Shown here piece after piece: positions 1 through 7,774 of a stretch of 32,000 bases of DNA (position 1 is its first letter; every line of letters starts with the position of its first letter). Where the stretch lies: assembly GCF_035285525.1 (NCBI RefSeq), contig NZ_JAYKGW010000090.1:36087-68086 (forward strand), given 5' to 3'. A program made the translations under genes and the position numbers. The notes below the pieces were generated by a model. It did not search any database, was not told where the DNA came from, and saw only the letters and a program-made list of their open reading frames with translations. This stretch comes from Okeania sp. GTDB taxonomy: Bacteria > Cyanobacteriota > Cyanobacteriia > Cyanobacteriales > Microcoleaceae.

Positions 1-1209
1 TCGTCCATAAACCACACATTCCAACAAAGAATTACTACCCAAACGGTTCGCCCCATGTACAGAAACACAAGCACATTCCCCGGCAGCAAATAATCCATCC
101 ACCAAACTATCAGCACTCCCCCAAACTCTGCCATCAGTATTAGTAGGAATGCCACCCATAGAATAATGAGCAGTCGGACGTACTGGCATCGGATCGTTGA
201 CGGCATCAATACCAACAAGACGATGAGCTTCTTCCCAAGCAAAAGGCACTCGACTCATAATCTTCTCCCGCCCCATGTGGCGCAGATCGAGATAAATAAA
301 CGGACCGCCAGCACTACCATCCATATTGATTCCGCGACCAGCACGAAGTTCCAAAGTAATAGCACGGGAAGTGATATCCCTGGGTGCTAACTCCATCCGA
401 CTCGGAGCATAATTTTCCATAAAGCGATCGCCTTCACTATTTATGAGGTAAGCACCCTCACCGCGCACTGCTTCAGAAATTAAAACTCCTGCTGGATATA
501 AACCTGTGGGATGAAATTGCACAAACTCCATATCTTGCAGAGGTAAACCTGCCATTGCTGCCATTGCCAAACCGTCGCCAGTGGAAGCATAATCATTGGA
601 AGTGGTATTAAATACTCGACCATAACCACCAGTAGCAAGCATTACCACTTTGGCTCGGAGTACAACTATTTCCCCATCCAAAATATGATACATAACCACA
701 CCTTTGGCTTGACCGTCTTCTAATATCAGACGCATCACATACCATTCCTGATATACTTTTACCCCATTACGCTGGAGGTTATTTACCAACTCATGCAAAA
801 TAGCGTGACCAGTTTTATCCGCAGCATAACAGGTGCGGTTGTGGGAATGACCGCCGAAAGCACGTTGAGCGATGCGACCATCTGGCAACCTGGAAAATAA
901 TACTCCCAAATGTTCCAAGTCAATGATTACATCTGGTGCTTCTTTGGCTAAAATTTCTACTGCGTCCTGGTCTGCTAAATAGTCGGAACCTTTTACTGTA
1001 TCGTAGGCGTGGGCTTTCCAGCTATCTTCTGGGTCTACATTTTGGAGGGATGCTGCTATGCCTCCTTGAGCAGCGACGGAGTGGGAACGAATGGGGTGAG
1101 TTTTGGCAATTATCGCCACATTTAAACTAGGGTTTTTGCGGGCTATTTCTACAGCAGCGCGACAACCAGCAAGTCCGCCACCAACTATAATTATGTCGTG
1201 TTCTAGCAT
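1..1209 (-). CDS. sdhA: Succinate dehydrogenase/fumarate reductase flavoprotein subunit, N-terminal 403 codons (3' end lies beyond window start)
   Basis: Missing from the ORF track because it runs off the window. The reverse-complement translation from the ATG at 1209-1207 reads MLEHDIIIVGGGLAGCRAAVEIA (GxGxxG FAD fold). It continues with KTHPIRSHSVAAQGG (covalent-FAD His motif typical of SdhA/FrdA), then FVQFHPTG and SEAVRGEGAYL. The frame stays open to position 1. Confidence 0.9.
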   Translation of the reverse strand, partial: MLEHDIIIVGGGLAGCRAAVEIARKNPSLNVAIIAKTHPIRSHSVAAQGGIAASLQNVDPEDSWKAHAYDTVKGSDYLADQDAVEILAKEAPDVIIDLEHLGVLFSRLPDGRIAQRAFGGHSHNRTCYAADKTGHAILHELVNNLQRNGVKVYQEWYVMRLILEDGQAKGVVMYHILDGEIVVLRAKVVMLATGGYGRVFNTTSNDYASTGDGLAMAAMAGLPLQDMEFVQFHPTGLYPAGVLISEAVRGEGAYLINSEGDRFMENYAPSRMELAPRDITSRAITLELRAGRGINMDGSAGGPFIYLDLRHMGREKIMSRVPFAWEEAHRLVGIDAVNDPMPVRPTAHYSMGGIPTNTDGRVWGSADSLVDGLFAAGECACVSVHGANRLGSNSLLECVVYGR

Positions 1210-1436
1210 TTAGGTAAATATCAGGTATTTTGGTTCTGTTTCATAAAAAAGTGAGCATATTGCCCACCTTAATTAAACTATATTAAACTAGGAGTTTTAC
1301 TAATGAAATCTAAAAAAAATCTTAAAAGTAGGGTCTATTTCCCATGACTTGAAAATAAATGTTTTTAAGTTGTTTTTTTCTATGAGTAACTATTATGATA
1401 TAGCATTTCCCTTTTCTTGTAAGGTACATTGATAAT

Positions 1437-1722
1437 CCCCCTAAATCCCCCTTTGAAAGGGGGACTTTTTGTTCACTTCCCCCCTTTCACGCGCTATGCT
1501 TTATAAACATCTTTCTCTTTTCATAAAACTTGGGCATTATTGACAAGTTATGTATTTACCATTCGATGGGTATTCCCGGAGAGTGAAGTATTTAACTAGA
1601 GGCTTTTCTCCCCCCATCTCCCCCTATACCCATCCCCCCATCATCAGGGTTTCAGGAGTTCCTTATAAGGGATAGCGCATCATCGGGGGACTTTTTGTTC
1701 ACTTCCCCCCTTTCAAAGGGGG
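1437..1722. repeat. Two direct copies of a 31-nt G/C-run element (gggggactttttgttcacttcccccctttca) at 1460-1490 and 1685-1715, each next to a ccccctttSaaaggggg palindrome
   Basis: Direct reading of the 910-bp sdhA/patatin divergent intergenic region. ORF 1652..1837 lies entirely in this repeat DNA. Confidence 0.7.
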
Positions 1723-2121
1723 GATAGAAAACTGTACCTCGCGCTTGTTGGGAATTGCTATATAGTAATCCTATTTTATTTGTGTATAAAAATCTTAAGT
1801 GCTTATGCAAAATTAATTGTATAAGTCCATAAACCAAATTAATTGGAAATTACTATTATATTTCTCTAATCTGATCGAGAAATTATCAATTATTTCTTTC
1901 TTTTTCTAGTTAAGTGTTCCCTGTTCCCTTTTAATTAAAAAACTTAATAGATTTCTTCGTAAATAGGTGTGGAGCGATCGCTTGTCTAAGACTTTTTTCG
2001 ACCTAGATTTGGTCAATTAAATCTTAAAAAAATCTTGATTTGGATAATTTTTTATACAAAAAGCTGGTTTAATAGTTATTAGTTATTTACCCCAATAAAA
2101 AAATTACCAGGAAGAAAAACT

Positions 2122-3285
2122 ATGAGTGAAAAATACCCTTTTAGAATCCTTAGTTTAGATGGTGGTGGTATGAGAGGAGCTTTATCAGCAAAGATTCTCG
2201 AACAAGTAGAGCAGCAGATTTTAGAAAAAGAAAATAAATCTTTGACAGAATACTTCGATCTAGTGGCTGGAACTTCTACAGGATCGATATTAGCAGCAGG
2301 TATTGCTCTTGGTTTAAAAGCAAGCGAGCTGTTTAAACTTTATGATGAGAATGGCAATCAAATATTTTCTAGTATAAAACGAAAGTTACGAAAGCTTATT
2401 CCTGGTGGTGGTGGATATTTAATTCCTTTTACTCGATATTCAAACCAAGGGTTAAAAGAACTTCTCCAAGAAAAATTAGTTTTTTCTAACGACTTAATCG
2501 ATCGCAAAACAGACCAACTTCCCAGCCTTTTAGATGTAGAAAAATCGCCAAAATCACCAACTTTATTGATTCTTGCCTATAATACCACAGGTGGTTATAC
2601 ACAATATTTTGCTAGTAATGCTGCATACAAAGAAGGTGGTGAACCTGAATGGTTTACATATAAGTCTGTATCAGATTTTTGTCTATGTTCTTCTGCTGCG
2701 CCTACTTTTTTCCCTCCCTATAAATTAATTGATAGCTGTGGAAGAGAACAAAATTATATAGATGGGGGAGTAGCTGCAAATAACCCCGATCTGGCAGCAA
2801 TAACTCATGCTATGTATACGAAAACGCGAGTAAATTCTCAAGAAGATAATTCTAATCCAGCGCTGCCAGCTCTTGACCTTTCTGATATCTCTGTATTTTC
2901 TATCGGAACAGGGAAAGTTGATTTTTCATTTGACTATAAAACAGTGGATAGTTGGGGACTTGTTGATTGGGCAAACAAAATTTCTGATATTTTTCTAGCA
3001 GCTCCTGCTCAGTTTGAAGAAGCAGTAACTAGACAATTAATATTAGGTTTAACTACACATCAACGATATAGACGTGTTAATCTTAATATAGAAGCATTAC
3101 CCATAGACGATCCTGGTATAATTAAGAAGTTAGTTGAAACCTACAAAAAGCAAAAAGACTGTATTAAAAGTTTGGATTTTACAGACATGACAAATAAAGA
3201 ATGGAAGTTAGAAGATTTAGTTAACGATTTTATAGAGAAAAATAAGAGGGATGCCGATCAACATTTTAAAAATCGCTTTGACTAG
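2122..3285 (+). CDS. Patatin-like phospholipase
   Basis: Oxyanion motif LDGGGMRG, nucleophile elbow GTSTG (GxSxG) and catalytic Asp motif IDGGVAANNP appear in the canonical patatin order. The C-terminal ~100 aa match nothing I recognise. Confidence 0.9.
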   Translation: MSEKYPFRILSLDGGGMRGALSAKILEQVEQQILEKENKSLTEYFDLVAGTSTGSILAAGIALGLKASELFKLYDENGNQIFSSIKRKLRKLIPGGGGYLIPFTRYSNQGLKELLQEKLVFSNDLIDRKTDQLPSLLDVEKSPKSPTLLILAYNTTGGYTQYFASNAAYKEGGEPEWFTYKSVSDFCLCSSAAPTFFPPYKLIDSCGREQNYIDGGVAANNPDLAAITHAMYTKTRVNSQEDNSNPALPALDLSDISVFSIGTGKVDFSFDYKTVDSWGLVDWANKISDIFLAAPAQFEEAVTRQLILGLTTHQRYRRVNLNIEALPIDDPGIIKKLVETYKKQKDCIKSLDFTDMTNKEWKLEDLVNDFIEKNKRDADQHFKNRFD

Positions 3286-3312
3286 CTAAAAATTTCAGTA
3301 GTTTTTGGAGAG

Positions 3313-3518
3313 CAGGACTTACACCAAGCCACCAAAAAATCGGGTTTATCAAGGACTTTTCTAGTTTTAGCCACAAGACTGTAGCCATACAGCGCTTTTC
3401 ACTCTCGATGAACCATATCGTCATAAGCAAAATCTTGTAGGGACGCCCTTATGCAACGTCCCTACTGTGGTTTACTGATATGAAAACTGCTGTAAACCCG
3501 GTTTCTGTGTAAGTCCTG
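3313..3518. repeat. MITE-like element (~206 bp) with terminal inverted repeats caggacttacac / gtgtaagtcctg and an internal gtagggacg...cgtccctac hairpin (3437-3465)
   Basis: The inverted termini are at 3313-3324 and 3507-3518, with inner arms aatcgggttt / aaacccggttt. The element fills the gap between the convergent patatin and GDSL genes. The same termini recur at 7211, 7241, 26530 and 26815. Confidence 0.65.
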
Positions 3519-3524
3519 GATTCC

Positions 3525-4754
3525 TCACAAAGAAGTTTCTACAATACTCAATAATTCGTTAATTTCTGTAATTGATGTTATCGCTGTATCTGCGATCGCA
3601 CTATGAACATTAGCAGTAGGATGTACATTGTCAAAAAATAAAAAATTATCAACGTTATCCAGACCAGAATTTAAGAAATTATCTATGACATTCGTTAACT
3701 CAAAATCACCAGGATTAGCAATTGCGTTATCAAATAAAGTTCCAATATCAAGATTAATAATATTAATATTTGGGTCTTGTTCCAATATTTGAGAAGTTGC
3801 TGCTAAGACACTATTATGACCTTCAGTTAATAAAGTTAATCCCTGTTGTTGTTCTGGAGTAAGAGTTTGCGAAAATGGAGCTGCTCCTGAGTCTGGTAAA
3901 TTCGGTAAAAGAAAATTTCTGGATCCAATGCTGGCAAGTTTATTTACTGCTATTGATAGATTATCAACAGTTGACTGTGTATCTATTCCGCCAGTCAAAT
4001 AATCACCTGCTCCTGCCCAGATAACATATAAAGCATTTGGATCGGTGGCTGGAGTTTCTGCAATAAATTCATCAATCTGTGTTTGTAAACCTAGCAATAG
4101 TGGAGGTGTACCGTCTGGTAGTGAATTGTTGAGAAAGTTGTCAACTCCTGTAGTTGCGCCACCAAATGCAAAATTAAGGTTAGGGTTAGCTTCTAATTCT
4201 AACTGAGATGCAAGAGTTTCTATCCATAGGGGACCATTACTAAAACGCCCCTTAAAATAGGGAGGACTTTCGGGCAACAAACCCCCAGTAGTTGCAAAAG
4301 CATTCCCTGTATCAGACAAACTATCGCCAAATACATAAATATCGCTAAATAACAAACGTGGCAATCGACCTTCAAATTGACCACTTTTGAGAAAGTGTTC
4401 TGTGGCAGTAAGTGTGCTATTCTCTATTGCTTCGGCGATATCTGGATAGCGGTCTAGGTAAAAACTGGTGTTAATTAAAGCACTAGGGTCTCGTTGTTCA
4501 AGCTGACCAAAATTTATAAAATGTTCCGTTGGAGTGAGAATATTTTGTTCTACAACAGTTGCAATGTCTGGGTTAGTAGCGAGATAAAAGTCAGTATTGA
4601 AAATCGCGCTGGGGTCACGATCTTCAAATTGACCAACTTCAATGAAATGGGAAAAAGCATCACCGATCGTACCATTGGCAACTCCTGCGGCTACTTCTGG
4701 ATTGTTTTCGAGATAGAATTGTTCGTCAAATAGTTCGTTTATTGTTAATGCCAT
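3525..4754 (-). CDS. GDSL/SGNH-family lipase/esterase with an N-terminal triple ~45-aa repeat
   Basis: Block I motif VFGDSLSDTGN and C-terminal block V motif FFDNVHPT (DxxH) are present. The N-terminus carries three copies of a FYLxxNP(D/E)(I/V)A...HFxxxGQ(F/L)ExR(D/L)P module. I see no obvious signal peptide. Confidence 0.85.
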   Translation of the reverse strand: MALTINELFDEQFYLENNPEVAAGVANGTIGDAFSHFIEVGQFEDRDPSAIFNTDFYLATNPDIATVVEQNILTPTEHFINFGQLEQRDPSALINTSFYLDRYPDIAEAIENSTLTATEHFLKSGQFEGRLPRLLFSDIYVFGDSLSDTGNAFATTGGLLPESPPYFKGRFSNGPLWIETLASQLELEANPNLNFAFGGATTGVDNFLNNSLPDGTPPLLLGLQTQIDEFIAETPATDPNALYVIWAGAGDYLTGGIDTQSTVDNLSIAVNKLASIGSRNFLLPNLPDSGAAPFSQTLTPEQQQGLTLLTEGHNSVLAATSQILEQDPNINIINLDIGTLFDNAIANPGDFELTNVIDNFLNSGLDNVDNFLFFDNVHPTANVHSAIADTAITSITEINELLSIVETSL

Positions 4755-5038
4755 AGTTTATTAAGTCAAAATTCATGCATTCAAAATTCAAAAGTAAGAT
4801 TTTTCTAGCTTACATTAATCAGGATTTAGACAACGACACTAATTATAGTAGCTATATTGGGAATTATGACCAAATGATAAGCTATATATAGCAGTAGTGT
4901 TTAACTTCTGTTAATAACAGGTCGTCCTGCATAGTGATGTTATACAATAAAAAAGAATACTTGGCAAGGAAGTAAGGAATATTTAGTACGGGAGCAAGAT
5001 GCTAGGATATTCACAAAAATAATGATGATGCACCACCA

Positions 5039-6442
5039 TTAGAATGCAGCAGCTAATAATAACACAATTTCTGCTAATTTTTGGGCTGCACCTGGTTGAC
5101 CTCGCAAACTGCGGAGGCGATCGCTCATTTCTGCCAATTTTTCTGGATGACTCAAAAAGTCTAACACCAATTCTGCTACCATTTCTGGTTGAAGTTTTCC
5201 CATCAACTCCGGTACTATTTCATCTTTTGCCCAAATATTCGGCCAAGCAAATAGTTGTCCTTTGCGCACCACAAACCAATTAATGATGGTGGCAAAAGCA
5301 GCACCGACTCCTGGTAAATTTGCCAGTAATCCTGGTAAACCATCCCATGCTCTCATAATATCTAATTGTTGAGTGGGCAATAAAACTATCATTGGTACTG
5401 CTAAGGAACCAAGTTCAGCGGTGTTAGCACCAACAGTAGTCAGGCAAATGCGACATTGAGAAAGTAAATCATAAGCAGGAGTGCGGGCGATCAATTCTAT
5501 TTCTACTCCTTCCGTTGTCACCAGTTTTGCATTTTGAATTTTCCCACTCTCTGTTTCCTGGGAAGGCATTAATAATTTTGCTCCCACACCACCCATTTTG
5601 GCAACTGCTGGATTTTTTTGCGGATCGGCAAAATTGGCTAAAGTAGGTAAGTCAAGGGTGGGAGCAACAGGAATTATAAATTTAGTTTGCGGACGAATTT
5701 TGTGGATGTGTTCAGCGATCGCTAAAGTTAAAGGTACACCTAAAGACAACTTGGTAGGTTTCGATCCAGGCAATAACCCAATTAACTCTAGACCACCCTC
5801 ATCTTTTGAACCGCTCAAAAAATTACTTCCAACTTCCAACTCCTGACTTTCCCCCCTGGGATGGGTTAGGGGTGGGTTGAATTTTGACTCCTGTAGGGAC
5901 GTTGCATGCAACGTCCCTACAAATTCTGACTTCCCCTCCTGGGAGGGGTTAGGGGTGGGTTGATTTCTGACTTCATTCATTAGGTCTCCCACTACAGTAA
6001 ATTTATCAGCATATTTTGGAGACACTTGAGCAACGACTTCCTGCTTCATCACCCCAAATTTATCTATCCAGCGCCACCATCTAGCATCCCACTCAGCATA
6101 AACAACAGTGCGATAACCCAAACGTTTTCCTACCACCACCGTAAAAAATTGGTCGCCTCCTAAAAATAAAACTACCCCTTGAGGATACCAATGCCAATTT
6201 TCTGCCGTCTGACCCCAGAGCAAAAACCGCCAAAAATATTCAGGAGGTTGTACCCGATCTACTTCTGGATAGGAACCAGCGATCGCTACTTCTTTTCCAG
6301 TAGCATGAGGACAAGGGGAAAGAATAACAGAAATTCTGATATCTATATTTGTCTGTTGTCGCAACTGTTGGACAACAGGTCTTACCCAGGTAATTAATTC
6401 TCCCGGACCATTGGAGAGGATAACAATATCAACTTTTTCCAT
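5039..6442 (-). CDS. Lipid-A-disaccharide synthase-related (LpxB-like, GT-B fold) cyanobacterial protein
   Basis: The 467-aa ORF begins MEKVDIVILSNGPGELITWVRP. From memory it resembles the conserved cyanobacterial LpxB-related family (TIGR03492-type). The central linker holds an in-frame repeat-element insertion (see 5843-5974). Confidence 0.6.
   Translation of the reverse strand: MEKVDIVILSNGPGELITWVRPVVQQLRQQTNIDIRISVILSPCPHATGKEVAIAGSYPEVDRVQPPEYFWRFLLWGQTAENWHWYPQGVVLFLGGDQFFTVVVGKRLGYRTVVYAEWDARWWRWIDKFGVMKQEVVAQVSPKYADKFTVVGDLMNEVRNQPTPNPSQEGKSEFVGTLHATSLQESKFNPPLTHPRGESQELEVGSNFLSGSKDEGGLELIGLLPGSKPTKLSLGVPLTLAIAEHIHKIRPQTKFIIPVAPTLDLPTLANFADPQKNPAVAKMGGVGAKLLMPSQETESGKIQNAKLVTTEGVEIELIARTPAYDLLSQCRICLTTVGANTAELGSLAVPMIVLLPTQQLDIMRAWDGLPGLLANLPGVGAAFATIINWFVVRKGQLFAWPNIWAKDEIVPELMGKLQPEMVAELVLDFLSHPEKLAEMSDRLRSLRGQPGAAQKLAEIVLLLAAAF
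5843..5974. repeat. Composite repeat inside a CDS: a perfect 28-bp palindrome (5893-5920) flanked by two ~48-nt direct repeats
   Basis: The palindrome is gtagggacgttgcatgcaacgtccctac. The flanking direct repeats are ctgacttYcccYcctgggaKgggttaggggtgggttgaWttYtgact at 5843-5890 and 5925-5974. The block is 132 nt (44 codons) and contains no stop on the coding (minus) strand. Related gtagggacg hairpins occur at 3437-3465 and 7747-7764. Confidence 0.8.
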
Positions 6443-6470
6443 ATCTAATAATATACTTACTAAATGAAAC

Positions 6471-6595
6471 TATAGCAATCCTAAATAGGTTGTAAGATTT
6501 TATCGTAGGGGTTTGGTATCCCAACCCAAGCACCGAGGGATTTGGTATCCCAACCCCTACAGTTTTTTCTCACAAATCATTTCATGTTGCTATAA
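6471..6595 (+). repeat. MITE-like element X (~125 bp) with tatagcaa...ttgctata termini and an internal gtaggggtt...aacccctac hairpin
   Basis: Its arms are nearly identical to the reverse complement of 14502-14634 (tatagcaatcctaaatagRttgtaagattttatSgtaggggt ... acccctacMgttttttctcacaaatSattt). It sits in the divergent promoter region between the LpxB-like and ankyrin genes. Confidence 0.7.
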
Positions 6596-6613
6596 ATTAT
6601 AGGAGAAAATTAA

Positions 6614-7099
6614 ATGACAGAATTAATAGATGCTGCTAAAATTGGAGATATTTCTCAAGTTGAAACCTTGTTGAGTGGGGGTGCGGATGTCAATGCTAAA
6701 GACTCCGAGGGTTCAACTGCTTTAATTGCTGCTGCCGAAACTGGCCATGTAGAAATGGTGAAAAAATTATTAACTGCTGGTTCAGATGTCAACAGTAATG
6801 ATAATGATGGTTGGTTTCCTTTGATGGGTGCTGCTGCTAGTGGCAACCTAGAAATTTTGCAATTGTTGTTAGATGCTGGAGCTGATGTTAATGCTGCTAC
6901 TAATTTTGGATTGACTGCTTTGATGATCGCTGCTGGTAGTGGTCATATTAATGTGGTGCAAACTTTATTAGACAAAGGAGCAAACATTAAAGCTAAAGAT
7001 AACAATAAATGGACGGCTTTAATTTGGGCAAGTTCGGAAGATCATCAGGATGTAGTGGAGTTGCTCAATAAGGTGCGCGATAGAACTCTGTTTCACTGA
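6614..7099 (+). CDS. Ankyrin-repeat protein (about 4-5 repeats)
   Basis: The motif GxTALxxAAxxGHxxxVxxLLxxGAD(V/I)Nxx(D/N) recurs about every 33 aa. Confidence 0.9.
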   Translation: MTELIDAAKIGDISQVETLLSGGADVNAKDSEGSTALIAAAETGHVEMVKKLLTAGSDVNSNDNDGWFPLMGAAASGNLEILQLLLDAGADVNAATNFGLTALMIAAGSGHINVVQTLLDKGANIKAKDNNKWTALIWASSEDHQDVVELLNKVRDRTLFH

Positions 7100-7210
7100 T
7101 ACCTACCATACACTTTGCTGTAAGCATTTCCTGTGTAATGCTTACACTTGGCTATATTTAGGGTTGGCTAATTAAATATCAAACCTTTTACCGAATAATT
7201 AATAATCAAC

Positions 7211-7405
7211 AGGACTTACACAAAGGTACTATATATAGACAGGACTTACACAAAGACAATATATATAGCACATGCCAAATATAGCGATAACTATAATTTT
7301 TGAAGCGATCGCCTAAACAACTAAAATATGATAACTTATACCAAGACACTATATATAGTTACTGGTAAACCGAGCGATAGGTATAATTTTTAGAGAGCGA
7401 TACGG
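7211..7405. repeat. Nested direct repeats in a convergent intergenic region
   Basis: caggacttacacaaag occurs twice (7211, 7241). RaagRcaMtatatatag occurs three times (~7221, 7251, 7341). agcgataRSTATAATTTTTRRagMgat occurs twice (~7283, 7373), with a period of about 90 nt. Confidence 0.6.
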
Positions 7406-7774
7406 CTAACGCCACGCTCCGCGAACGCCAAGCATTTCTTTATTAATAAAAACTTAAAATAGCCGTCATTTTAATTGCAGGATATTTGAGTTCAGATACT
7501 AGATATTTAGATAATAATTGATGTTTGAACTGAAGTATTGCTCAAGTGTAGCACTAATGCATGGGAATTGGTATAAGTCCTGTGAAAAATACTCCCCTAC
7601 TCCCCTACTTCCTCGCTCCCGATCCTAGATACGGTTAGGGGTTCTATATCTATGGTCTATGGGTAAGTCCTACTTGAAAACTCTAAATTTTTCCTCACCA
7701 AACTAGGAGAAATGTAGAAAAATTAACATCTACAACCATGACGTTTTATGCAACCTCCCTACTGTTAATTTTTT

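Noticed and set aside
166-1130. Track ORFs 166..390 and 936..1130 on the plus strand
   Set aside because: They are antisense to the clearly recognisable sdhA coding sequence on the minus strand.
1652-1837. Track ORF of 61 aa
   Set aside because: It lies in the repeat-rich intergenic DNA and includes the translated G/C-run repeat (YPPFERGEVNKKSP). It has no start context.
2122-3285. Patatin gene as a CBASS/defence effector
   Set aside because: No CD-NTase, SMODS, TIR, ATPase or other defence partner is adjacent. The upstream neighbour is sdhA across a 910-bp repeat-rich gap.
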